Below the pieces are notes generated by a model. The model searched no databases. It saw only the letters and a program-made list of their open reading frames with translations, and was not told the origin of the DNA. A stretch of DNA of 63,440 nt, taken from IMG/VR virus record IMGVR_UViG_3300017963_000286, positions 1-63,440 of that record. The stretch is one strand, 5' to 3'. The stretch is from a virus. Its lineage: Duplodnaviria; Caudoviricetes. Below are positions 9,427 through 18,850 of the stretch, in pieces. The translations under genes and the position numbers were made by a program. The number at the start of each line of letters is the position of its first letter. The stretch's first letter is position 1.

Positions 9427-10356
9427 TCAGTAGTCGGTCGGCACATCGGCGATGGCATAGCCCTCATCGGACCCGCCGCGCTCGCGCCGCTCGGCCGCCT
9501 CTTTCTGCTCTTCCAGGATCTCGCGCCGCGCTTCCATAATCGCCTGGCGCGGCGAGGCGCCATGGGCGACCACCAATGCGACCACGTCACGGAGCGTCCC
9601 AAACCCGGCGCCTTTAGTGTTGCGCGCCATCGCCTCACAGATGTGATCTGGAATGCGAGCGCCTGCCACGCCCTTGATGTAGGAGTAGCGCTGGTTCAGG
9701 TCCGGCATGGGGCAGTGGATCTTCTCCTCAAAGCGCCCCTTGCGGCGCAGCTTCATCGGCAGCGCCTTCAGATCGTTGACGGTCGCAAGGAAGAGAACAT
9801 GCTGCGGTGCATCCACGCCATCAAGCATCTGGTTCATCCGTTGCGTGCCGCCGTACTTCACAAGCTCGTCAAAATCTTCAAGCACGACGACCACGTCACG
9901 GCGCGCGTCAGACTGCCGGAAGGTCTTCAACGATCTGGTGATCGTCTGTGGATCATAGGCGTAAAAAACCACCTTTCCCTGATCCGCCCACCGCTCGGCC
10001 TCCTCGCGCACCATCGTCGACTTGCCGGACCCAGGAGGTCCATGAAGGACGATCCCACGCTTGTGGAGGATTCCGGATTTCGCATATCGGTCTCTGGCAG
10101 CGAAAAATGAATCTACCGACTCACGAAGCGCGTCGTATGCGCCCCCCGTCATCTCCACGGGGTCGTCGCAGTTGTACTCGAGCTGCTTTAGCCTCGGAAC
10201 GCGCCCCTCCTCGAGCGAATCCCACAGCGTATAAACGCCGGGCTCAACTCCCATCTTGAACCGATGCCCGTGCGCCGGCCTCTGGATCCTTACCTCCAAA
10301 ATGCTTCGAAGGTCTTCGTAGTCCATCGGCTCAACACGATCAAATGGCTCTTTCAT
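9427..10356 (-). CDS. AAA+ ATPase (single domain, classic AAA clade)
   Basis: Walker A GPPGSGKS, Walker B VVVLEDFDE, SRH-like ATVN...RRKGRFE. Confidence 0.9.
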   Translation of the reverse strand: MKEPFDRVEPMDYEDLRSILEVRIQRPAHGHRFKMGVEPGVYTLWDSLEEGRVPRLKQLEYNCDDPVEMTGGAYDALRESVDSFFAARDRYAKSGILHKRGIVLHGPPGSGKSTMVREEAERWADQGKVVFYAYDPQTITRSLKTFRQSDARRDVVVVLEDFDELVKYGGTQRMNQMLDGVDAPQHVLFLATVNDLKALPMKLRRKGRFEEKIHCPMPDLNQRYSYIKGVAGARIPDHICEAMARNTKGAGFGTLRDVVALVVAHGASPRQAIMEARREILEEQKEAAERRERGGSDEGYAIADVPTDY

Positions 10357-10400
10357 TGGGTCTCCCCAGGGCTTTGAGATTTCTTGAGGCGTTGAGCCCT

Positions 10401-10429
10401 ATTGTCGCGCCTGAGGGGAGATTAGACAA
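10401..10429 (-). promoter_or_regulatory. putative sigma70 promoter for the AAA gene
   Basis: TTGTCT-17 nt-GACAAT on the minus strand. Confidence 0.4.
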
Positions 10430-10447
10430 GGGCCGGGCTCCGGGGCT

Positions 10448-10470
10448 GGGAGGGGCCGCAAGGCTCTCCC
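10448..10470 (-). terminator. hairpin after the LAGLIDADG-MTase gene
   Basis: GGGAGAGCC-TTGC-GGCCCCTCCC imperfect stem; no clear U-tract. Confidence 0.35.
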
Positions 10471-10476
10471 GGATCA

Positions 10477-12309
10477 CTAGACCGCCGTGGGGAGGCTGGC
10501 TCTAGGTTTGAAGACGACCCTGGTCTCCAGAAAGTCCGACGGATGAATCTGCGATCTCTTGGCGTGGAAGGTGTCAGCAGAAACCTCCAAACCGAGCCCC
10601 GAAAGATACGCGACTACGTCGTCCGCCATCATGTAGTTCGTCTGCTCGACGCGGAGATTTTTACAGAAAATGACGCCGAACTTGGTCGTTCGTGCGGCAA
10701 CGAAGCGAAGTACCGGGTAGATCAGCGATTCCATGAAATCGGCATAACCCGAGAAGTAGTGAGGCTGACCTGGGTCATCTGAGTAAAACTCTTTGACCCA
10801 GTACGGCGGACTCGTCATGACGGCCTCGAACGATTCCGGAATTCCGCTGATCGCCCCGGCCGCGACATGAGCCGCATTTGCATGAATCACCTTGGCGTTC
10901 TCAGCACGCTCGCCGAGCATGTCGATCCATTTACGCAATTCGACGATGAGCGATCGATTGAGGTCGACCCCGATGTAGCGACCCGAGCATGCCAGCGTCC
11001 CAGTAAGGCGAGCGCCCCATCCCGCAAAAGGATCAAAAACGGTCCATCCCGGCTCGAATCCCATCGCTTTCAGTGTCTCGATCGCAAGGCGCACTGGGAA
11101 CCACGAGACCGTTCCGACCCGAAAGTTGCTTCTCGCTGCCTTCACCGCAGTCTTGACGCTAGCCTCTGTGCCATCAGTAACGATGGAATTAGCTCGCATA
11201 AACTCCCCAGGCGACACCTTCATGTCGTAGCGCGCCTCAAGAAAAGATCGGATCGTCAATTTCAAGGCCCAGTCGACGTCACGATTCCTTCCAGCGTCGA
11301 GCGCGGCCAGCACTTTGGCGGGATCAACCTCGACCAGAGAGATGTTCCGCGACCGCATCATGTGGTCCTTGCACAAAGACCGCGCATATGACTCTCGACC
11401 GCAGATCAAACAGAGAGAATCGACCGTCGATGACGCCTGGCCGTCATCCGTCCGAAACAAGGTTAGGCGGGACGACTCGTACTCGCGAAACTTCCGATCG
11501 CAGCGCATCCCCTCGCTGTCGGCATAGATGAGGTCAAGCCACCGAATCGAGTTTTCACGGTTGGTAAACCGGATTTCGGTCTTGACCCCCGTGGGCCGGA
11601 TCGTGAATTCCCGACCCTCGACCATTCCAGTCATCCTCGTCACGTCAGCGCCGACCGCTCGAATCAGAATCGGAGCCTTCATGCCCAGGAATGCCCGGCC
11701 GTCATTCATTCCGATATGGCCGTCGGTGTCCCAGAGTCCGCGCAGAAGGTGCGGCCTGAATTCCGCTGGCAGATCAGGGTAGGCGAGATTTACTGACTTC
11801 TTTCCAGACACGCCGCCCATCTTCCGACTGAACCATCCGGCGACCTCCACGCTACTAAAGTGGGCGCGATGGCCTCCGGCGATGAGGGTAATCGGAACGG
11901 ATGGCATGATCATGTCGCGCACGCGCTCTGTGAGATCCCGATCCCCCGAAACGAAAAAGCACCGCGCCGCGACGCGATTGCCCGCCTTGGTGACCGCCTG
12001 CTGCGCCCTGACATGGCCGTCGCCCATCATGGCTCCGAGAAGCCAAGCTTTCTGCGGAGTCCAAGCGTCGCTCATGTCTAAGGCGATGGCATGACGCCTG
12101 TTCGAGAGATCTGCTCCCTCGCGCTTCGCCTTGCGCCTCCACCGCATATAGCAGTTTCTGCAAAGGCCGCGGCGCAAGGTCGCCGACGGCGTTGAGCATT
12201 CGGAGCACGTAACTGCGACGTCATGCATTGGCTTTGTCTCCTCCATGTTTCGGTCGTTTTGCTTGGAGGAGATTGCCCGATCAGGCGCGTAACGTCCACC
12301 TCTTTTCAA
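10477..12309 (-). CDS. fusion of Zn finger, double LAGLIDADG endonuclease and amino-type DNA methyltransferase-like domain
   Basis: CSEC..CRNC; AWLLGAMMGDG and LLRGLWDTDG; FDPFAGWG (motif I) then TSPPY (motif IV). True start may be near 12246. Confidence 0.8.
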   Translation of the reverse strand: MKRGGRYAPDRAISSKQNDRNMEETKPMHDVAVTCSECSTPSATLRRGLCRNCYMRWRRKAKREGADLSNRRHAIALDMSDAWTPQKAWLLGAMMGDGHVRAQQAVTKAGNRVAARCFFVSGDRDLTERVRDMIMPSVPITLIAGGHRAHFSSVEVAGWFSRKMGGVSGKKSVNLAYPDLPAEFRPHLLRGLWDTDGHIGMNDGRAFLGMKAPILIRAVGADVTRMTGMVEGREFTIRPTGVKTEIRFTNRENSIRWLDLIYADSEGMRCDRKFREYESSRLTLFRTDDGQASSTVDSLCLICGRESYARSLCKDHMMRSRNISLVEVDPAKVLAALDAGRNRDVDWALKLTIRSFLEARYDMKVSPGEFMRANSIVTDGTEASVKTAVKAARSNFRVGTVSWFPVRLAIETLKAMGFEPGWTVFDPFAGWGARLTGTLACSGRYIGVDLNRSLIVELRKWIDMLGERAENAKVIHANAAHVAAGAISGIPESFEAVMTSPPYWVKEFYSDDPGQPHYFSGYADFMESLIYPVLRFVAARTTKFGVIFCKNLRVEQTNYMMADDVVAYLSGLGLEVSADTFHAKRSQIHPSDFLETRVVFKPRASLPTAV

Positions 12310-12343
12310 AAAGAAACAGCGTCGCCGTTACCAGCGACGCTGT
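12308..12343 (-). terminator. intrinsic terminator after the major capsid gene
   Basis: ACAGCGTCGC/GCGACGCTGT stem followed by TTCTTTTT on the minus strand. Confidence 0.8.
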
Positions 12344-12360
12344 CTAGAAGGTCAATGATT

Positions 12361-13779
12361 TCAGAGGCTGGTCACGTTGATGGTTCCGAAAAACTCCGGT
12401 CTAACCATCTTGGTCGCGTACCGCGTGCGAAGGCCCTTGCGGTATTGCATGTCGTTAGGGTCTAAGAACGTGGCGGTGACCTGCAGCGGCACATACGGCG
12501 CCCAGACGTAACCGGCATCGAGGAACGTCGGTCCCTTGTAGCCGATCAGGATCTTTCCGGATCCCGAGCCGCTTCCGGGGTTCACGACCGGGAAGAACGG
12601 ATCTTTGTAGAGACCGTACTTCGCGCTCACCGTGCCAGCGTACATGACGCCGAAGGTGTGGGGCTGCTGTACCGGAGCCTGCGGCGCTTCGCTCGGCGCG
12701 GCGACGGCCGGGCGGAAGTCGCCGTGGGTCGTCAGCTGCTCGAAGTACGCGCAAACATCCGGCGAGGAGACGGCGAAGTTCGCCGGGCCACGCAGGCTGT
12801 TCTTGTGGATACGGTTGGCGCCGATCGTCAGTGCCGTGATCAGGTTCCGATAGTGGTCGATGGCCGAGGCGCCCGAGGGAACCGCGACATCGTAGGTGCC
12901 CGAGTAGCCAGTCGCGCCGAGGCGCAGGTCATCGATGATCTCGCGGTCGAGTTCCAGGGCGATCTCGGCGGCGATGCCGGCGACGAGCTCGGCTTCGGCG
13001 TCGAGGCCGTGGAATGCCTTGAGGTCATCGGCTGCTTCCGAGCACCACAGGGCCTTGAGCTTGCGGCTCTTGGCCTTGATCTCGAGAAGCTCGATGTCGA
13101 TGTTGACCTGAGGAATGTTGGAGTTGCACTCCATGTTGTAGTCGTACTCGACGACCACTTCGACGCCGCCGCCGACCGGAGACGTGTACGCGAGAGCGAT
13201 CGCGCCGGTGGTGTAGTCGATGGTTCCCGAAACTCCCGTCCCCGAGATGTTCCCGAGGCCGTCATCCGTTCCGACGACGGTGTCGGCAGTGACGGTGACC
13301 GTCGATGCCTTGACCGGCGTGAAATCGAGGGTGGAGGAGAAGTTCGATCCGGCTCCGGTTCCGACCACTTCCTCGTCGATGTGCTCCGACGAATAGTAGG
13401 CGTTGAAGTCCTTGATGAGCTTCTGTCCGGCAGTGACCTTGCCCTTGGTCGTGCCGTACTTGAGCTCGTAATAGAAAATGCCGCCGATCGGGGCCGTCAT
13501 CGGCTGAACCGAGACGATCTCGTTGGCGATGAGGGTCGGGAAGACGCGACGCAGAACCGGGAACACAAACTTAAGGAAGGAGCCGACGTTGGTCGACTTC
13601 GTCTCTTCGTTCAGGTTCTGAAGGTATTGGCTCTGGTTCTCATAGAGCACCGCCATGACGTTCTTCGTGTGCTCAGTGCGGACGCCCTTGAGCAGGGGCT
13701 GCCACTTTTGTACCAACCCCTGGACGTAGCTCTGATCTTGGATCGACCGAGCTTCCGTCAACTGCTGACGCCTTTTCAT
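12361..13779 (-). CDS. major capsid protein, T4 gp23-like
   Basis: VSVQPMTAPIGGIFY, KSRKLKALW, ELDREII, AGYVWAPYVPL, GLRTRY; strong SD AAGGAGG. Confidence 0.95.
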   Translation of the reverse strand: MKRRQQLTEARSIQDQSYVQGLVQKWQPLLKGVRTEHTKNVMAVLYENQSQYLQNLNEETKSTNVGSFLKFVFPVLRRVFPTLIANEIVSVQPMTAPIGGIFYYELKYGTTKGKVTAGQKLIKDFNAYYSSEHIDEEVVGTGAGSNFSSTLDFTPVKASTVTVTADTVVGTDDGLGNISGTGVSGTIDYTTGAIALAYTSPVGGGVEVVVEYDYNMECNSNIPQVNIDIELLEIKAKSRKLKALWCSEAADDLKAFHGLDAEAELVAGIAAEIALELDREIIDDLRLGATGYSGTYDVAVPSGASAIDHYRNLITALTIGANRIHKNSLRGPANFAVSSPDVCAYFEQLTTHGDFRPAVAAPSEAPQAPVQQPHTFGVMYAGTVSAKYGLYKDPFFPVVNPGSGSGSGKILIGYKGPTFLDAGYVWAPYVPLQVTATFLDPNDMQYRKGLRTRYATKMVRPEFFGTINVTSL

Positions 13780-13837
13780 ACTGCCAAACCTCCTTAAAAC
13801 TCGGTCCCAAAGTCACGACGGACCACCCGCCTGACTT

Positions 13838-16063
13838 TCACACCCGAGAGAGTCGCTCCACTTCGCGCACATCGAGTTCGACGCCCTCACCGAGCGAGAT
13901 GGTCTCATCCTTGCTCGCCGGTAAGCGGGCACGGACGGAGTCCTCGACAACGGTCGCAGGCGCCTTCCGAAGGGACGAGATGCCCCGACGGATGCGTTCG
14001 AAGTCACTGGTTCCACGACTCTCCGACGAACGGCGTTTCCACCCTTCGACGAGCTGGTCGACAGTCTGCTTGTTCTTGTTCTCTAGTTTCTTGAAATCAG
14101 CGCGGATCGCAATTGCCTGCGGCATGCCGGCGATCGACCGCTCGAGATACGTCTCGAGAAGAGCGTCGCGCGCCTTGGCCATCGCCGTATCCCGCTCCTG
14201 GGTCAAGACCTTGTTGGCGTCGCTAGCGCGCTGAACACGCTCGGATAGGGCGCGAACGCTCTCCTCGAGCTTCTTCTCGCGGGTCGCGGTTCCGGCCTTG
14301 CGGGTCTCGGTCAGCTGCTTGGCGGCTGCGACATGGGGAGCCAGCGCCTCTTGGAGAGCCTCCACCGACTCAAAGCGGTTGAGGTCGCCGATCTGAGCGA
14401 TGGCTTCGGATGCCTTGGGATGAGCAGCCAACGCGTCGCGGGCGACGAGCGTGAAGCCGAGGTCTTTGACTGCGCGCGAAAGCGTGTCGCGCTCCTCGGT
14501 CAAAGCCTTGATCTGGTCAGCCACGTAGGCATTGGCATCTGCGAGAGCAGCCTTCTTCGCCTCGGCAAGTACCTGGGCGCGAACGCGTTCGATGGCTTCG
14601 GAGACGTCTTCCAGCTTGGCGTTACCTGCCGAAAGGTAATACATGCCGGGATTGCGTTGCGGCCCACCAGCTTTCTTCAACAGAGCGTTGAATTCTCTTG
14701 CGGCGGCAATCATGTCGGCCGTTTCGCCGCCACGAACCTGTTTGGCATATGCCTCATACGCCTTCCACAACTGCGACCTAGCATCCGATCTGTCTAGGGC
14801 CTCGCCCATCGCGTCGATGACGTCAGCTGCCTCCGAAAGACCGATGGCCTTACGGAATTGCTGGGCGAGATCGGCGTCCGGAAACACGTAATTGAATCCA
14901 GCAAGCGAATCACTTCGCTTTGCCTTCTTCGCGAGAGCCATGGCGGCAGGCGACCACGGGATCGTCTTGTCATGGTCCTTGCGACTCAAGAAAACCGAGG
15001 TATCTTTGCCCTCAGAGACCGGGGCGTCGTCTGCCGCGTCCGCATCCGACACAGCCGGATCCTCGACGCCCTCAGCATTCGGATTCGGACGGCAGGAACC
15101 ATCGGGGTTCGTGAGCACGCCGGGAACGTACTTCTCTTCCTTGATCACGCCACTAACGGAGCCCATCGCTCCCCAGCGGAAGTTTCCACCGAGCGAGAAG
15201 GAGATCTCCGGATACTGGATGACCAGGGAGCCGTTGTCTGCAAAGACCCGGCGTGGCTTCTGGCCGTTAAGATCATCGGCAAGGGCCTTGAGGTCGACAA
15301 AGGCTTCGGTCAGGCGCTCGCTGCTCTCGACCGTGCGCGGCTTGTCCGCCTCACCAGAGGCCACAGGGGCGTCACCGGCCGCCGTGAGGCCGCCGCCGTC
15401 AGCGTCCTGCTCAGGAGAGGCCCCCTCGGAGCCCTCGCCCTCGACGGGAAGGGCCGGGGGAGCTGCCTCCTGGACCTGCTCTTCGCCCTCGTCGCCCTCT
15501 TCCTTGGCGCCACAGTCGCCCTCGGACAAGACTGGCGCCGCAGGCGTCGTCTTCGCCTCAACCGTCATGTCAGGGTAGGCCGTGCGCTGAGCAGGGTCCG
15601 CCACAAAGTCGAAGGTATCGAGCTGAAAGTCGTCCTGCACCACGTCGACCCCGTCCTCGTTGCGTGTGACCGAGCCATAACCCCGGCTCGAGACACCGAT
15701 CGATGCGCCGGCCTCGTAAAGAGCGCGGATCGTCTTGCCGGCATCAGTGTTCAAGACCTCGGCCGAACCCGTGATCTCTCCCTCGGGGGAAAGCTCAAGG
15801 CCCGTGATCAGGTGAGATACACGAGTCAGCTTGGTCTTGCCGTCCGCCGGATGATCGCACTCGCCGAAGACCTTGCGGGCAGCGATGCTCTCCGCGAGGC
15901 GCCTGATCTCGCGCTCCATGATAGCCGTCGGATAGACCCGGCGGTTTTCAGTCGGGCGATCGGCAAAGCCAAACTGGCCACGCGCTACGAGCTTCCCACT
16001 CACCGAATCCTCGGTGAGCGAAAAGCGGAATGGAACCTTATCAATCAGCAACTGCCTTGCCAT
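13838..16063 (-). CDS. prohead protease (T4 gp21-like) fused to a long acidic/coiled-coil scaffold region
   Basis: NRRVYP, GECDHP, IGVSSRGYGS, FDFVADPA; start MARQLLIDK after SD GGAGGG. Confidence 0.9.
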   Translation of the reverse strand: MARQLLIDKVPFRFSLTEDSVSGKLVARGQFGFADRPTENRRVYPTAIMEREIRRLAESIAARKVFGECDHPADGKTKLTRVSHLITGLELSPEGEITGSAEVLNTDAGKTIRALYEAGASIGVSSRGYGSVTRNEDGVDVVQDDFQLDTFDFVADPAQRTAYPDMTVEAKTTPAAPVLSEGDCGAKEEGDEGEEQVQEAAPPALPVEGEGSEGASPEQDADGGGLTAAGDAPVASGEADKPRTVESSERLTEAFVDLKALADDLNGQKPRRVFADNGSLVIQYPEISFSLGGNFRWGAMGSVSGVIKEEKYVPGVLTNPDGSCRPNPNAEGVEDPAVSDADAADDAPVSEGKDTSVFLSRKDHDKTIPWSPAAMALAKKAKRSDSLAGFNYVFPDADLAQQFRKAIGLSEAADVIDAMGEALDRSDARSQLWKAYEAYAKQVRGGETADMIAAAREFNALLKKAGGPQRNPGMYYLSAGNAKLEDVSEAIERVRAQVLAEAKKAALADANAYVADQIKALTEERDTLSRAVKDLGFTLVARDALAAHPKASEAIAQIGDLNRFESVEALQEALAPHVAAAKQLTETRKAGTATREKKLEESVRALSERVQRASDANKVLTQERDTAMAKARDALLETYLERSIAGMPQAIAIRADFKKLENKNKQTVDQLVEGWKRRSSESRGTSDFERIRRGISSLRKAPATVVEDSVRARLPASKDETISLGEGVELDVREVERLSRV

Positions 16064-16079
16064 GGTGTCCCTCCGGAAA

Positions 16080-17528
16080 TCAGCGCTTAGTTCTCTTGCC
16101 CTGACGCGACTCCTGAGTCGCTTCTGGTGCGCTGCTGGCCGCGCCGTCGACTGCGTCACCAGTCTTAGCGCCGCCTTCCGGGGTCGGAGTTGAGATGGCG
16201 GTCTGTCCGTCCGGCATGCCGTCTCCGATCACCGTCGGGTCAGACCCCAACGAGTTCGGGGGGAGCTCGCCGCCGGCCTGCGGGGGATTGTCCTGGCCGA
16301 TGTAGCCAATGTCCCCAAGGTGCTGGACCAGCTGGTTGTAGAGCTTCATGGCGCCGCCAAGATAGGAGACCATGTCGCCCATCAGGTCGGCAGCCTGCCC
16401 CATCGAGACGTTGCCCTGTTGCAGATTGAGGGCGACTTCGGCGGCCTCGACGCGGATCGCGGCGAGCTCGTGATCCATCGGGAATTCGATGCTTTCGTTG
16501 ATCGAACGCCCCTTGCGCTTGCGCGTACGCGACTCGAAAACGTCCTCGTCACCGAAATCGTCGTCGTCCTCAACTTCATCGTCGTCGCCGAGATCGTCGT
16601 CACCGAATTCGTCTCCGAATTCGTCGTCCATGTCCGAATCGCAGTCGAAATCGTCGTCCATGTCAGAGTCGTCTGCGTCGTCCATGTCGAGATCGTCATC
16701 ATCAAGGTCAGCGTCGAGGTCGAGATCAAGACCGTCGTCGAGGGTCGGATCTTCCTCAGTCATCTCCGGAGCCGATGGCTCCTCGTCACCCTCGAGCTTG
16801 TCGCCCGTCGGCGCCGCCGTCGCCGGCTTGTCCCCGGCGTAATCGGTGACTTCTCCGCCAGACTTTTCTGCGGAGCCTTGATTGGCCTCGCCGGATTCCC
16901 AGCCATAGGCGGATCCCGCATGCATGACATCGATGCCGAGAGCGGTCTCTTCGTCGAGAAGTGAACTCTCGAGCACTGCAAATCGGCGCCCCAGAGCGCC
17001 GGCAAGCTGGGAGACCTTCATCATGGCCTCGGCTACCTGCTTGCGAGCCGAGCCCCGAGGAGCTTTGGAAACGATGTGGTGTACGTTCACCGACTCCAGC
17101 ATCGTTGCGGCCCGCTCCATTCCCTGAACGAGGCGGAAGCGCATCCGAGGACCGGCGCTCTTGCCCTTGGTCATCTTCTTCAGCTTCGCCATCCGCTTCT
17201 TATATCCCGCCTTCTTACGGGCGAGGCGACGCTTGCGGTTGTTCTTCGCTTTGTTCTTGCGAGCGGCCTGGCGGGCTTTAGCCTTCTCGCCAGACTTCAT
17301 CTTCTTGACCTTGACTCGCTCGAGGCCCTCGACCGTTGCCGGGGCGTCTTCCTCGCCAGGGACCTCTTCTTCAGCGGCCAGCTCTGGCGTGTCGAGTTGT
17401 TCGCCTTCGTCAGATTCAATGAGCTTACGCCTGGCAGGACGAGACTCGTTCAGGCCAAGCGTGGCACCACTGATGCCGATCTTCGCAAAGTCTTCGGCCA
17501 GCGACGAAATGCGACGAAAATGCTGCAT
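16080..17528 (-). CDS. prohead core protein with basic and highly acidic blocks
   Basis: K/R block then D-rich block; position between portal and protease as for T4 gp67/gp68. Confidence 0.65.
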   Translation of the reverse strand: MQHFRRISSLAEDFAKIGISGATLGLNESRPARRKLIESDEGEQLDTPELAAEEEVPGEEDAPATVEGLERVKVKKMKSGEKAKARQAARKNKAKNNRKRRLARKKAGYKKRMAKLKKMTKGKSAGPRMRFRLVQGMERAATMLESVNVHHIVSKAPRGSARKQVAEAMMKVSQLAGALGRRFAVLESSLLDEETALGIDVMHAGSAYGWESGEANQGSAEKSGGEVTDYAGDKPATAAPTGDKLEGDEEPSAPEMTEEDPTLDDGLDLDLDADLDDDDLDMDDADDSDMDDDFDCDSDMDDEFGDEFGDDDLGDDDEVEDDDDFGDEDVFESRTRKRKGRSINESIEFPMDHELAAIRVEAAEVALNLQQGNVSMGQAADLMGDMVSYLGGAMKLYNQLVQHLGDIGYIGQDNPPQAGGELPPNSLGSDPTVIGDGMPDGQTAISTPTPEGGAKTGDAVDGAASSAPEATQESRQGKRTKR

Positions 17529-17602
17529 CGCGGGGCTCCCCTCGGTGTGGCGGTAACCGCTCAAAGGCGGGATAGATTGAAACGTGAGGTCTACAACTCG
17601 GG

Positions 17603-17611
17603 ATTGTACCA
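17603..17611 (-). promoter_or_regulatory. putative extended -10 promoter (TGGTACAAT) upstream of the core/protease/capsid genes
   Basis: TGnTAnAAT-type element in the intergenic gap. Confidence 0.4.
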
Positions 17612-17651
17612 CGACAAACAGGAAGTCGATCAACCAGAGCTTGCGGTCTAC

Positions 17652-18029
17652 TCAACGCATCAAGAAAATAATGTCGTCATCGGCGATCTCCCGATTCGAC
17701 ATCGTCGCCTCGTAAACCCTGTGCAGAGCGGCTTTGCGCTCTTCCCCAAGGTCTGATTCGGACAGGGTGCGTCCGGGGCACCGCTCCCTAAAAGTCACAT
17801 AGAGGGAGCCGTCTTTGGCCTCCCGTAGGGAGTATCGATGCAGGCCGCCGGCCGCGTCGGCGATGACCGCCTGACTGGGGAATGTCGCGACGATCGAGAA
17901 CGGCGCTGGCAGTCGGTCGGTCGTCGATTCCTCGTGCCGAGTCACCGCGCAATAGGCGCGTTGGCGCATGTCCTCGTGACTGCCACGCATGATTTTCGCG
18001 AGCTCAGAAGCTCGAATATAGCGTTTCAC
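17652..18029 (-). CDS. hypothetical protein
   Basis: 125 aa, GTGA-coupled. Confidence 0.55.
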   Translation of the reverse strand: MKRYIRASELAKIMRGSHEDMRQRAYCAVTRHEESTTDRLPAPFSIVATFPSQAVIADAAGGLHRYSLREAKDGSLYVTFRERCPGRTLSESDLGEERKAALHRVYEATMSNREIADDDIIFLMR

Positions 18030-18463
18030 GTAGTCTCCAATGGCTTGCTTGCCTCAGCGATCAGCTTATCGAGATAGGATCTAGCTTTCTTCAGGGCGAC
18101 CACGCCCCCAGTTTTTCGCCAACAGATTAGGCTCCAACAGATGTTCCCTTCGAGAAATCCCATTTTCTGATCGATGATGAATCCTAAAATCTCTTCTGAT
18201 TCTTCAATATCGACCGTCGATTTCTCTCGCGAGCCAGAGGGACGCTTGGCTTTAGCGCGGTCAATCAATCGACGCACTTCGGATGCAACATGCTGCTTCT
18301 GATCGCTAACAAACTGACCGCTCGCGTTCCGAGACCTTGCCTTTTTGTCCGGGATCGCCGGCTTGTCCCTAGGACCGGGTTTGAAATACCCAACATCGTC
18401 CGAAACCTGACGATCCTTAGCCATAGGTATTCCCATATGTGTTGGGGTGACGGGTGTCATCAT
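18026..18463 (-). CDS. DUF3310-like protein (degenerate)
   Basis: MGFLEGNI...WRKTGGVVALKKARSYLDKLI resembles DUF3310. Confidence 0.55.
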   Translation of the reverse strand: MMTPVTPTHMGIPMAKDRQVSDDVGYFKPGPRDKPAIPDKKARSRNASGQFVSDQKQHVASEVRRLIDRAKAKRPSGSREKSTVDIEESEEILGFIIDQKMGFLEGNICWSLICWRKTGGVVALKKARSYLDKLIAEASKPLETT

Positions 18464-18469
18464 ACCAGA

Positions 18470-18850
18470 TCATTCGCGCGTATCGTAATCGTCCTCGTTA
18501 GAGGCTGGTCCCTCGTCGTTATCGAATAGAAGCCAAGAACAATTGTTCCAAAGCAAATAGGCCAGCGGCTTTTCCAGTTTATGGACGAGCCAATGAGGCA
18601 CCTCGAACCCGTAATCCTCCTCCGCCGCATGAACTAATTCATGAACAAATGTCTCAAGGCGGGCGAAAGGCTTGAGACCCTTACGGATCAATATTAGACG
18701 GCTATCGGGAAGCGTCAGCCCGTCGATCAACTCGTCCGGGTGATCGCCATCCTCGACGTCGGGCTTGATGCGAAGGACGAAGCGAATGCGCCAAGGGGCG
18801 GCGTCATGACGAAGATGCACTTCCCTAGGGAAATCCTTCTGCCTGCGCAT
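18470..18850 (-). CDS. small HExxH metallopeptidase-like protein
   Basis: ETFVHELVHA. Confidence 0.65.
   Translation of the reverse strand: MRRQKDFPREVHLRHDAAPWRIRFVLRIKPDVEDGDHPDELIDGLTLPDSRLILIRKGLKPFARLETFVHELVHAAEEDYGFEVPHWLVHKLEKPLAYLLWNNCSWLLFDNDEGPASNEDDYDTRE

Noticed and set aside
14579-14592. GCGAACGCGTTCGA, a shorter relative of the dispersed palindrome
   Set aside because: The spacer is 2 bp shorter and it lies mid-CDS, so it is not counted as a copy. It may be a degenerate site.
16545-16745. Quasi-periodic tcgtcgtc repeats
   Set aside because: Explained by the Asp-rich low-complexity protein; no constant repeat-spacer structure.
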